Shown piece after piece: positions 21,701-33,766 of a DNA stretch of 64,000 bases. Both the position numbers and the translations under genes were made by a program. The stretch spans positions 91,760,001 through 91,824,000 of the forward strand of contig NC_058380.1 of assembly GCF_018350175.1 (NCBI RefSeq), written 5' to 3'. Source of the DNA: Felis catus. Its lineage: Eukaryota. Under the pieces are notes generated by a model that saw nothing but the letters and a program-made list of their open reading frames with translations, did not search any database and was not told where the DNA came from. Position 1 is the first letter of the stretch, and every line of letters starts with the position of its first letter.

Positions 21701-24700
21701 TACTTAGTGTGGCTGCCCCAGCAAAACCGGAGGCCCGGCACATGGGAGGATCTCCAGACCCCGGGTGGGGCAGCTGCCAGTGGACCAGAGGCTGACTTGA
21801 GGCAACCTGGTGGCTGAGGTCGCCACCTGGCCCCACAGGTGCTCTCATGGGTGCGAGCTCTCGGGCCTGCCATCAGGGGCATGACGCGTCACCCAGGTTT
21901 GGCAAGAGGAGGAGGCACGGGGGCCTGGCTGCTGAACGGTGGGGGCTGGGACGACCCAGGCCCGCAGAGCCCACGTCCTGACTGCCCTGCACACTGAAGC
22001 TGGGGCAGGGTCACGGTGGCCTGCAGCCTGTGATCGGGGTGCTGAAGGTACCTGAGGGACAGGAGCATTGGAGGCAGCTGCCTGGTTTGGATTCCAGGTG
22101 AGGGTGGGGGCAGGGGCCCCTCCTGAAGCCCCAGGCAGAGATGCCCAGCCCCGACCCATTTCCTGGAGGGACACAGAGGGCACCCACAGATTAGGAGAAA
22201 GTGGGTCGTGTGTTTACACAGAAACTATGCGCACGTGGGTGGGGTGCAGGGGACCCTGAGAGCCCGTGCAGGAACCTAGAGCTGGGAGCAGCAGAGCTGA
22301 CCCACCCAGGTCAAAGGGTGGAGGGGAGGACGGGTTCTAGAAGGTCGAGGTGAACTGTGTAGGTGAGGCCCCCAGTGACCATAGGGAGGATCTGGCCTCC
22401 GCCCTCCCAGCTCCTGCAGGGGCTCCCTGGGGTGGAGTCTGACTAGGCAGGGGGCCAGGGGGCCCTTGACATTGTCAGCACAGTTCGGACTCCCTCTGTG
22501 GTCAGCAGGGTGGAGGCACGGAGACCTGGAGACTGCTTCTCCCCCGAGGGCAGAGGTCTGGGGGCAGAGAGCAGTGCCACGAACCTGATGGCTGGGCCTG
22601 GGGGAGACAGTCAGCAGCCCTGGGCCACCGAAACCAGTGAGAAGTGACTGGAAGGATCCTGGGGCTCCTGGATCGTCAGGAAGCTGGAGAACCAAGCCGG
22701 TGGGGTCTGGGATAGCTCTGGTGAGCGGAGATGGACAGAACAAGAACCTCCAAGGGAAGTGTTGGGTCTGAGCCACGCTGGGGGTGCCGGCTCCAACCAA
22801 CCCCTGAGTCCCAGGGCTCCGCCCCTCAGGGCTCAGACCCCAGGGTGGGGGTAAAGGCGCTGCTGGGCAAGGTGGCAACCCCCACACCTGTCCCCTTGGC
22901 CTTCACAGCATGACGCTGGGAGGGGCCGAGGCAGGGAAGCCAGATGGCCCCTCGCCCACCAATTCTGTCCTCAGTGGCTGCTCGAGCTTGGCACAAGGGC
23001 AGGAGCAGGTGAAGGGTGCTCGGGGGAGCCCCAGTTCCTGCCTCTTGGGTGGTTGTGCTGCAGTTGGGCGGGGCCCAGGGCCCACCCCTCCACACAGCCT
23101 GCAGGGGAGGGGCTCCCCCCGCCCTCACCCCTCCCTACCTCTCACCAGGAGCTGCTGGAAGTCCCTGCTTCCCTTTGAGAGGGGAGGAGGTGGCCTCTTC
23201 ATGGCCAGAGCCTTCCTTGACCCACAGTGGGGCCTCCTCCTCAGCCCGCAGGGCATCTCTGTCTGACTTGGCCCCAGGAGGCACACGGAGGAAAGGCCAG
23301 GGTGTGGTCCGCGTTTCGGAGAACTCGCCTTCCCTGCATCTTTTCACATCTGGAGCTGGACCAGCCCTGGCAGAGTGGGCAGGGCATAGGGGCTCAGCTT
23401 GTCTGGGGCAGCCCTGGAGGGCAGACTGGCCCTTCCTGGATGGCACCCACCCCCGCAGCACTGGGGCTGGGGCCCCGCTCCTCTGTGCCCCTGGTCTCCC
23501 CCAGGGGCTGAGAGGGCGATGCCATCTGCTCAGTGCCCACCCATCGTCAAGAAAGAGTCCCCCACCCTGCCCCAGCTCTGGGGCCAGGGTGTCTCTGCAG
23601 GTGAGGGGAGAGGGGGCTGCAGAAGCCATAGCCGGATGCACCCCTGCCTCCAGGGAGGTCACCCTTCAGTGCCTTGGGCCTTGTCTGTGCATGCCCGCCC
23701 CCGGTGGGCTGTCTGTGCCCGGGCCCTCCTGACCCCGGCTGGAGTAGGGGTGGGGCGTGAGGTGAGCTTCACGTGTGCATTTTCTTTTTCCCGGAATTAA
23801 GTCTGTGGCTCTGTCTGTGTCATAACCTGTGTCGTCCGTGAAGGCCAGGATGGCCTCCGGCAGCATGTGTCACTTCTGACAGTGTGGGGTTTACTTCGCG
23901 ACCCCACAGCTCAGCCATAAGTGTGTGCGGGGGCCGGGCAGCCCCAGCTGGGGGAGACCCAGACCCGTTGACCAGTCACTCGGGACCCCCAGCCCCGGCA
24001 GCCACCGATGGCCTTTCTGTGGGTCCGCAGAACGGGGTGGCTCGGGTCTCTGTGTCTCTGCACGACGCGCTCGAGGCTCATCAGCGACGCGGCCGGTCGG
24101 TCCTCGGTCCTCCCTGTTCTGGGCGCCGTCCCCCGCTCTGTGTTTGTCGTTCACTGCCGCCGAGCCCGCCTGCGGTTTGAAGCGGGTTTACAGTCCCAGG
24201 ACGACCACGCTCCCGGCGGGCCGGACGCCCCGCCCGAGCCCTTCCTCAGCTCAGGGTCCAGCCAGCGGGGAGCACCCCCCCCATCTCCCCACGCACAGAG
24301 CCTGCTGTGTGTGGCTGTGGAGCACTGCCCTCCAGGGTGCTGGGTGGGCAGGACGGGGGAGGCCCGGCAGCTGCCCTCTGCGTGCACTCTGGGGGGCTCG
24401 GGGGACGAGGCTGCGGCCTCAAGGGCCTGCTGCGGCCACGGACAAGGCAGGCTGAGGCCACCCACACAGCCTGTGCCCTGGCCACGAGTGCTGCGGTGTC
24501 TCCGGAGGCCACGGTGTGTAGCGCCCCCCGCTGGCCGACGTGACTTTCCTCCCTCGTTCATCCGCAACTGTGAACAGAGAACCCCCTGTGGGGCCTCAGA
24601 AGCCAACGGGCCACCAAGAGCTCCCGCTGTCACCGAGTTTATAGCATGTGCAGCAGGAGGAGAGTAAATAAACACGGAGGAAAATGTTAAGCTCAAAGCC

Positions 24701-25224
24701 CGGAGGAAACAGACCAGGGGTGGGGTGCACGCTGGGGTGCGAGGAGGGCTGCTTGGAGGAGGCAGAGGCCGGAAGCCGCCCCGGGAGCAGCAGGCTCCCC
24801 CAGGTGCTGGAAGGGCCGCAGGGCCAGGGGGCCGATGCCGCCGGAGGCTGGGTTTCGTCCCAGGTGCCCCGGCGGATGACTCGGGGACGGACGACTCGGG
24901 GACGGACGACTCGGGAGGGTCGTAAGCAGGGATGCTCCAGATCTGTGCCCCTCAGGGTTCGCTCCGGCCACGGTGTGGAGAGCACGTCCCGGGGGGCGAG
25001 GAGCAGGGGGGCCGGCGGGTGGCCGAATGGCACTCAAGACCCCGGTCAGGGGCACGCCGGTGGCAGGTGTGTCTTCTGTGGGTTGGGGCGCTGCCTCACA
25101 CCGCTGAGGCTCCTCAGGGGGGTCTGTCCCTCGGTCCTCGCTGGCTGGAGGAAGGACTGACGCACCACCCTGGCATAGCAGTCCTGTGGCTGGAGGTCAC
25201 GTCTGTCCTGCCCCCACCCTTTCC

Positions 25225-26027
25225 TTGGAGCTCTGGACTTGGGGCCTGGGGACTTGGGCCTGGGGACTTGGGGTGTGGGGATTTGGGGCCTGGGGACTTG
25301 GGGGCATGGGGACTTGGGGGCTTGGGGACTTGGGGACTTGGGGCCTGGGGACTTGAGGCCTGGGGACTTGGGGTGTGGGGACTTGGGGCCTGGGGACTTG
25401 GGGTATGGGGACTTGGGGCCTGGGGACTTGGGGTCTTGGGGACTTGGGGGCTTGGGGACTTGGGGCCTGGGGACTTGAGGCCTGGGGACTTGGGGTGTGG
25501 GGACTTGGGGCCTGGGGACTTGGGGGCATGGGGACTTGGGGCCTGGGGACTTGGGGTGTGGGGACTTAGGGGCTTGGGGACTTGAGGCCTGGGGACTTGG
25601 GGCCTGGGGACTTGGGGTGTGGTGATTTGGGGCCTGGGGACTTGGGGGCATGGGGACTTGGGGCATGGGGACTTGGGGTGTGGGGACTTGGGGGCTTGGG
25701 GACTTGGGGCATGGGGACTTGGGGTGTGGGGACTTGGCTTGGGGACTTGGGGCATGGGGACTTGGGGTGTGGGGATTTGGGGCCTGGGGACTTGGGGGCT
25801 TGGGGACTTGGGGGCATGTGGACTTGGGGCATGGGGACTTGGGGTGTGGGGACTTGGGGGCCTGGGGACTTGGAGCTCTGGAGTTGGGGCCTGGGGACTT
25901 GGGGACGTGGGGACTTGGAGCTCTGGACTTGGGGCCTGGGGACTTGGAGCTCTGGAGTTGGGGCTGGGGACTTGGGGACTTGGGTACTTGGAGCTCTGGA
26001 CTTGGGGCGTGGGGACTTGGGGACTTG
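25225..26027. repeat. G-rich minisatellite (about 15-bp TGGGGACTTGGGG-cc/tg/ca units)
   Basis: About 800 nt of repeated GGGG runs; it produces the spurious PSPQ/WGLG ORFs in the track. Confidence 0.95.
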
Positions 26028-27783
26028 GCACTCCTTTGGCCTTCCTGTCCCCCAACCCAAGGGGAGTGTTTTTGAGGAAGATCTTGGAGCTTGTGCGTGT
26101 GTGTTTTAAACAAGGTATGATTTACGTACGGTAGGACTCACTTTCTGGGGACAGATCTGCGGGTTTTGACAGATGCAGGCACATGGCCACCAGGGTCCGG
26201 GCTCCAAAAGTGTCTGCGTGCCCCTCTGCCCTCCGCCGCCCCACCACCCCTGTTCTTGCCACCAGAGCAGTTTCTGTCCCCAGGGACGTGCCTAGTCTGG
26301 CAGGTCCGTGGCCTTTCCGGAGAGGCTTCTCTCACTCAGCAAACGCATCTGGGATTTGTCTAAGCTCTTTACCCGAGCGGATGGTTTGGGCTTTTCATTC
26401 GCTCCCGGCTCGGAGGGACCCCACCCGTCCACTTACCCACTGAAGACATTTGCTTGTCTCCGCTTTTTACTGGTTGTGAATAGAGCCCTCCGAACATCCG
26501 CGTGCGGGTTCATTTCTCTTGCGTCAGTGCCGAGGTGCGCGACTGACTGCCTGGGACAGGACCGTCTCCCTTTGTGAGAATCTGCCACACCGTTTTCCAG
26601 GGTGGCGCCTGGCTTTTCCCGCCCAGCGCCCGCAGGAGGGTGGATTTGCAGGCGGCCCTGCCACCTGAGGGCCGCGCAGCGTGTCTCGTGTCTCGGAGCG
26701 GCTCCCCCTTCCTGTCCCCTGACTGGTGGGCGTGTTTTCACGTGCTTACTTTCCTCCTGATGTTTTCTTTGGTGAAGTGGTTTTTCAAATCTTTTGCCTG
26801 TTTTTTTTTTTTTTTTTCTAACTTGGATTGTTTGTTTTTCTTATCATTGCGTCTGTCTCGAGTTCTTTATACATTCAGGATTTAAGCCCTTTATCAGACG
26901 TGTGTTTTGAAAATATTTTCATGGGAAGGCTTTTCCTGCGTTGTGCCCAGTGACTCTGGGGCCTGGCCGCACTCGGAAGCACCCCCCTCCCACCTCAGCG
27001 GGGGGAACCCTTCCACTCTGAAGCACTCAGTAGTGTCGGCCCTCCCTGGGACCCCTGCCCCCGATCAGAGGTGTCGGGGCGCTGTGCCCCCGAGGACACA
27101 GGGTGATCGCAAGTAGTGTCTCTGGGTGCTCTGCGTGTGTGCACACAAGAGGTCACTGGGGAGCCCCCACCAGCCCATGGCGCCTCCTTGGCGATGCTCA
27201 CGCCTACAGGCTTATGCAACCCTTGATAAGGTGGTTGTGATACCATAATCCACCCAGACTGGCGGCTCAGCTCCACCCTCCAGACGGGCTGCTGGAGGCC
27301 CAGTTGGTGGCTGGGTAGGGGGCGGTGGGGTCTAGAGTGAGGGGCACCCAGGCCTCCGACGTCCCCTCTGTCACAGCTGGCCCGGGCAGGCTCTGCTCCT
27401 AGGTGAGGCCCCGAGGCCTGGCCGATGGCGACTCTGTGGCAGTGTGGGGAGGAGGGATTGAGGACTTCGGGGGCCCAGACCTTGAGTGGGACCCTCTGGC
27501 TGGAGCAACCCCAAGGGGGTCCCGAGCCCCAGCCAGGCTGGAGGTGGATGGAGGCCAGGATGAGTGTCTCTGCTTCGTCCTCGGCGACTGCCTGGCAGGC
27601 CTGGGGCACAGATCAGGGTCAGAAGAGGGGAGAGCTCACCTCTCTGGGGCCCTCCAGGAAATGACCCCTGGGGCGGGGGCGGGGGCGGGGGGGGTGCTCT
27701 TGAGTGATCGTGCCAGACAATGGACAAAGGGGACTGGGGTTTCCAGAGCCAAGTGCCTTCTGAGCCCAGCTGGTGGGCCGGGC

Positions 27784-27789
27784 TATAAA
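27784..27789 (+). promoter_or_regulatory. TATA box of LCN15
   Basis: TATAAA 46 nt upstream of the ATG. Confidence 0.75.
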
Positions 27790-27829
27790 GCCTGGCCTCC
27801 TGGGGCTCCGACCGAGCCCGAGGGCAGAC

Positions 27830-29985
27830 ATGGCGGCCAAGTGCATCCTCCTGGGCTGCGTCCTGGTGCTGCTCTGGGTGTCCGTGGCTTGGGCCGAGGT
27901 CCTGGTGCAGCCCGATTTTGATGCCAAGAAGGTAACAGAGGCCGCTGCACTGTGCCACAGGTGGGGTGGGGGCTGAGCCCACGGCAACGCTCCACCACGG
28001 GGTGACGGCTGCCGCTGCTGGCCACGGGTGCCTGCTCTGTGCCTTGGGCCTGCAAACCTGGGGGTCGTCTCTCCATTTCATCCCGAAACGACCCCGTGGG
28101 GATAATTACTGAGCCATTTCACAGCCGGGGGAAGTGAGGCCACGCGACCCGCCCAGGTAGGTGGCAGAACAGGGGCTCGGACCAAGAGACAGGTGCTCAG
28201 AGACCCCCGGTCGCGTGGTTCCCGACAAGCCCGTGTGGCCACGTGGCTTTGGGGCCCTGGGGCCCAGGGCAAGGGGGTCCGGCCTGGCGGCCACCGAGCT
28301 TCCTTACAGTTCTCAGGCCGCTGGTACGTGGTGTCCATGGTCTCCGACTGCAAGGTCTTCCTGGGCAAGAAGGGCCATCTGCTGATGTCCTCCAGGGTCG
28401 TCAAGGCCACGGCAGGCGGCAACCTCAGCGTCCACATGGAGTTCCCCCGGTGAGTGCGGTGGGCCGGGGTGGGGGGAATGGGGGCGAGCCGGGCCGGCGG
28501 CCGGGAGTGAACACCGGGCCTGCACCCCCAGGGCTGACGGCTGCAACCAGGCGGACGCCGAGTACCTGAGGGTGGGCTCCCAGGGCCACTTCAGAGTCCC
28601 AGGTGGGTCCTGCCCCGCCCGCCTTCAGGGGCCCCTGACGCGGCTTCTCCGTGGGGTGACCCGGACCACCCCCCGGCGCCATCTCCTGACCGCGCCCTCG
28701 CCCTCCGCCCTCCGCCCCTCCCTGGGGCCCAGACGCGGAGGCCGGTGGGGGTGGGGGTCGGCGCCCGGGCCCCGAGCACTTGGCCACGGCTGGCCAGCTT
28801 ACCTCCTCTGCAGCCCTGGGCTACCTGGATGTGCGGGTCGTGGACACCGACTACAGCTCCTTCGCCGTGGTCTACATCTACAAGGAGCTGGAGGGGGCGC
28901 TCAGCACCATGGTGCAGCTGTACAGTGAGGCCCCCCCCCCCCCCGCCTCTCCTCCCCACCCAGGCCCCGCCTTCCCCCCCCCCCCCGGCCCTGCCCCTTC
29001 GGGACCGGCCTCCCCTCAGCCATCTCCCCCAAGTCCAAGCCGAGAAGGACCGGGGGTGGGGTGGTGGGCCCCCACAGCTCTTCGGATGGGTTGAGGTTGG
29101 CTCGCGGGGCCTCTGGGGCCCAGGCACCCGGGCGGAAGCTCGGGTAACTCTCTGGCCCCCTTTGGGTGGGGACCCCCCTCCCCCTCCCCCTCCCCTGCCC
29201 GGCCCCACTGCCTGAGAGCTAAGTGGGGGCTGAGATCCTGTTTCGCTTTAATTTCTGAGGGCCTTGGCAGAGCGGGCCAGGGGCTCCCCAAGGTGCAGAG
29301 GTTGGGGTGAGGGCTGGAGGCTGGTTTCGGGAGCCCGAGGGATGTGGGGTCCAGGGGGATGTGACCCTGGGAAACAGCCAGGCCATCCCAGTCTCCCAGA
29401 CGCTCTTGTGCGAATTAGGAAAGGACACCCCTCTGGGTGGCTTCCAGTCCCCACTGGGGTCTCAGCCAGGCAGGCACTTTTGTGCAGTGCACAACCTGCG
29501 CAATCTTGGGTGGCGAACCTGCTCCCAACTCTCAAGGAAGGGACCTCTGTCTCCCCTGACCCCCACCTCCGTGAGCCACAGAGCTCACAGTGGCCCTGCT
29601 CTGCCCCAGGCCGGACCCAGGAAGCAAGTCCCCAAGCTGTGAAGGCCTTCAAGGACTTCTACCCCACGGTGGGGCTCCCCGATGACATGGTGGTCATGCT
29701 GCCCAAGTCAGGTACACGGGCCAGGGTCTACGCAGTCCCCAGCCCCCAGCCCCCTTCCCTGCTAGGTTGTCAGGCCCTCGCCCTCCTGCCCGCAGCCCCT
29801 CTTTCCCCACAACACACGCTGCAGAAGAGGTTTCAAGCAGCTGGGAAGGGAGAGTCTGTTTGGGGGCCCGGGGCCCCAGGGGTTAGGGGCCGCAGGAGGC
29901 CGTGGGCAGTCCCGGCTGGCCCAGCCTCACCACTGTCTTCCTTCCCACAGACACATGCTCCTCTGGGGACAAAGAGGCTCCCTGA
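27830..29985 (+). CDS. LCN15: Lipocalin-15, 6 coding exons, 186 aa, intact
   Basis: Exons 27830-27931, 28310-28449, 28532-28602, 28814-28924, 29610-29711, 29951-29985 (561 nt). Signal peptide, then EVLVQPDFDAKK|FSGRWYVVSMVSDC (GxW), DTDYSSFAVVY, SRTQEASPQA, DTCSSGDKEAP*. A probable non-coding exon 7 starts at 31586 (donor after 30017). Confidence 0.95.
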
Positions 29986-30234
29986 CTCCTCGGGAGACCC
30001 ACCGTGGCCCTTCCCAGGTAGGAGGGAGATGGGGTACGTCCTCTGTCCTGTTGTCCGGGACCTGTCCGGGCAGCTCCTGGCCACCCCTCTGTCTGCCTGT
30101 CACCCTGCCTCCTGCTCTGCACGTGCGGACCCCACCCCCCACTCCCCCCTGCCCCCTGTTCGGCCTGGCCGTCCACTCTTGTGATTCAGGCCTCAGCTCA
30201 CACGTTACCTCCTCCAGGAAGCTTCCTCTGACTT

Positions 30235-30650
30235 CCTACGGCTGCCATAACAAATCACCACATACCGGTGGCTTCGAAGGACAGAAATGTATCCCCTCTG
30301 ACGTTCTGAGGCCGCAGGTCCAAAGTCAAGGAGGGGGCAGGCCTGGCCCCTTCTGGAGGCTCCAGGGGAGAACCTGGCCTCTCCCGGTGTCTGGTGGTGC
30401 CGGAGGTCCTTGGCGTCCCTTGGCTTGTAGACCCGTCCCTGCCACCTCTGCCTCGGCTGTCACATGGCCGCCCTCCCTCTCTGTGTCTGTGTTCAAATTT
30501 CCCTCTTCTTACGAGGACACCCGTCACGGGATGCGGGGCCCGCCCTCAACCCAGGGCGGTCTCGTCTCGGTCCTTAACCGATCACATCTGCAAAGACCCA
30601 GACTCCAAGTAAGGTCCCGTTCTGAGGTCCTGGGTGGACGTGAATCTGGG
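30235..30650. mobile_element. MaLR LTR (MLT1-like)
   Basis: ggctgccataacaaatcaccaca…acagaaatgtat…gtccaaagtcaagg…cacatctgcaaagaccc…gttctgaggtcctggg. Confidence 0.7.
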
Positions 30651-31698
30651 GGGACGCTGTCCGGTGTGCTGTGTGTCCCCACAGTGTGTGGCTCCCTCCC
30701 TGGGGTGCTGGGCCTGGGATCTCAGTCTCTCCGGGAGAGTCTCATGAGGTGGGCGCTGCCGCTATCTTCTTGTTCACTGCCGTCACGGGGCTGGGTCCCA
30801 GGAGCCCTTGGGACATGGACGCGGGTGGACTCTTGGGGACACCCTCCCCCAAAAGCGTCACCAGGAACCCGTGCCGCCCCTTACCAAGTTCGTAGTGCAA
30901 AACTTGGGAACCTACGTTAGACGATAGGTGATAGGTGAGACGTGACAGTCCTGCAGCGTGGGAGGCCACCCTGCGGCCGCCCTGGCAGGAGAGGGTGTGG
31001 GGGGTGCTTCTTCCTCAGCCTGCGTGCCCGTCGTCCCGCTCTCCCTGGCCGTCCTGGCTATGCACCTAGGGGGGCGTTCGGGCTGTTTTAACTCCCCGTG
31101 GCTCTGCAATACGCCTGCCCAGCCTCCCGGCTTTGCCCCTACCACGGGTGCAGCTGTTTTAGGCGGGAGGAGAGGAGGGAGGGAATTGTGCCAAATCACG
31201 CACCTTCTGGAAGGCTCTGCCTTTGGAGCGTGGGAGCCCCATCTTCCTGCTGCGTGCCATACCCTGACTTTCAAGGTAAAGTGCCCCAAGTGGGCCACTC
31301 CGGTGCTGAATATGGGGTGTTGCTGCGGCTTAGTGGCCGTTCTGGGGCTGTCTTGCCACGCCAGCCCCTTATCTCCTGACAGCGAGCAAGTGAGGCTCCG
31401 GGAGTGTGGCAGGTGCCCAGGCCACGGCAAGGTGCTGGACTCGGCCTGGGGCCTCCGGGGCAGCAGCGGTGGCATTGGCTTGCCCTGGCCGGGCAGGCGA
31501 CGTGTGACGGGGGCCGCGAGAGGGGCCCGAGTGTTTGCTGAGTGACTGGGTGCATGCGGTGATGGTGCCTTTCCTGTCCCTGCAGGGTGAGCTGGGGCAG
31601 CCGCCCTTGTCATCCTGAGCTGTCTGGACCCACCCCCCAGGCCCCCCTGCCTTTGGGTGGCTGCCTCCTGGCCATCTCTGGGCCTCCCTCATCTGCTC

Positions 31699-31704
31699 AA
31701 TAAA
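31699..31704 (+). terminator. Polyadenylation signal of LCN15 (3' non-coding exon)
   Basis: AATAAA about 115 nt into the exon that follows the acceptor cctgtccctgcag at 31585. Confidence 0.65.
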
Positions 31705-33108
31705 CGTATTCTGCAGTCTAGCGGGTCCTCACCTCTTTGCAGAGGCCCCTGGGGAGGGCGCAGTGAGCCCCGTCTTGACCCAGAACTCCTGGGGAAACTG
31801 AGGCAGGGAGGCGGGCGTGTAGGAGCCACTGGCCACTGGGCACCTCCTGGCTTGAGGGGACAAGAGGCTCCAGCCCGTCTGGCACCTGTGAGGGGCTGCA
31901 CCGTAGGCAGTCAGCGTCTAACGCCACTGGCCTGGCCCCCTCGCGTTCACGGCGCCTGTAGCAGGGGCTCCGCGGTGCACACACACCCCTGGAGGCACAG
32001 CGCCCTCCTGCCGCTGGGGTGACCTTGACCTTGGGCGTGTCATACAAACCTCAGTAAGGCCTGGAGACGGGTCATGGTCATGGCTGGTGCCCTCGGGGCC
32101 CTCGCCGCTGGCCCGGCCCAGATGCTCCACAGTGGATCCCTGGACACACGGTGAGCTTGTTTCGCTCCTTGTTTGGGAAACTGAGGCACAGAGAGCTCGG
32201 TGACTTACCCGGCAAGGAGCCAGGCTGAGGTTCGGGCCCCAGGGTCGGGCTCCAGGGCCTGGGCTCCATGCTGAGCCTCCGGGAGACGTAGGGGGCAGGA
32301 GAGGCCTCCCTGGGGCCCTGGCCGCTGCCGTCCCCCCCGCTAGGAGCTGCATCCAGTGAACACACTTCAAAGGGGTGGGGGCGGGGGTGGGGCAGGAAGG
32401 TAGTGGCGGTCCTGCTTCATGGCTCACGGGCTGGAGCTGGAGGCCATCAGCCACATCAGATGAGGGACATCCGTCCTAGCCCTGCTCCTGCTTATCCACA
32501 GACAGTGTCCCCCGCGCTTCCTGTCCTCCCTCTCCTGCCTGGCCAAGCACGTCCTGGGGGGGCCTCTCCTGTTAGTCTGGGCCGGGAGCAGCCTGGGGCT
32601 CAGATCGGCCGGTCCTCAGCCTCCTCGGGGCCCCGCCGCCCCCGCTGTGTCGATGCCCCCCACCCCCCTCCCGGTCTCAGGCATGCCGGCCAGTCCTGGG
32701 CCCCCCGTCCTAGCTTGACCTTTCCACACCTGCCTGACCCTAAACTGACAGCCTCTGTGGGAGGGCAGTGTCCAGGGTCCAAGGTGGCCGGTTCCCCTGG
32801 TGGGTGGGACCTCCCCTTCGGCTGACCAAGCCTGGGGCCATCCCAGGGTGGGCTTTTCTGGCCCCGAAGCTGAGAAGGATCCCTCCTACCGGTCAAGAAC
32901 CAGGATGCAGCCTCAGACCCCTCCTGGCCACGTGGCACTGTCCCTCTGCTTTGTCGCCAGTACACGTGGGGAAACCGAGGCAGCGCAACTTGCCCCGAGT
33001 CACACAGCTGGTGGGGCCAGGGCTGCTGTTCATGAAGCCATCAACCGGGATAAACCGAAGTTGGGGGGGGGGTCCAGATGGGGAGGAGGTGGGGCTGGGT
33101 CCCACCAC

Positions 33109-33162
33109 CCTGGCTCGTGTCCTGGCTCGTGTCCTGGCTCGTGTCCTGGCTCGTGTCCTGGT
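33109..33162. repeat. 12-bp tandem repeat (cctggctcgtgt) x4
   Basis: Four consecutive perfect copies. Confidence 0.9.
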
Positions 33163-33723
33163 CAGCGTCAGCAAGACAGGGCCGCTCTCGGGCCGGCCTT
33201 CTGGGCTCCGGGTCTTACCTGGCTGTGCACCGAGGCCTGAGTGAGTCCAGTGGGGGACGGGCGCGGGGCCTGGCCTGGTTCCTGTCACGGTGGCAGAGGA
33301 CACAGGCCATAGGAAGGTGTCTGCAGAGGTCCCTGAGCCTCGGCCCCCCCGAATCTCCCATGAGTCCTCCCCCTCACCGGGGCTCTGTGCTTCCTCCCTG
33401 GAGACCTCTGCGGGGAGAGGGACCCCTCATTCATTTCCTCACCTGGAGGGCAGGGCCCCCATCGGCTCGGTGCTGCGCTGGCCGGATGTACCCGGCCGTC
33501 AGGACGTTTCCTCACTGTCCCAAGGCTGATCTGAAAGAGCCAGAAAGAGAAAGCTGTTCTGAGCCCGTGGGGCCTGGGCCCGGCATGCCCCTCGGGCTTG
33601 GGGCTGTGGTCCCGAGCCGCCCCATGGGGGTGGGGGGCCTCCTCCCTCCTCCTCTTGGGGACCCCAGGCGGGCCCACCGTGGGGCCGTGGGTGTCCCCGG
33701 GAGCTTGTGCAACACCGTCCCGA

Positions 33724-33729
33724 TATAAA
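33724..33729 (+). promoter_or_regulatory. TATA box of the LCN8 locus
   Basis: TATAAA 43 nt upstream of the mutated start codon, similar to the LCN15 spacing. Confidence 0.65.
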
Positions 33730-33766
33730 CCCAGGTGCTGGGGCAGCAGAGGCTCCATGAGCGGCG

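Noticed and set aside
23883-23908. Hairpin TGTGGGGT-N10-ACCCCACA as a possible miRNA
   Set aside because: An 8-bp stem is far too short for a pre-miRNA.
25046-26134. Long Pro/Ser-rich and WGLG-repeat ORFs
   Set aside because: These are translations of the G-rich minisatellite in several frames, with no splice or promoter support.
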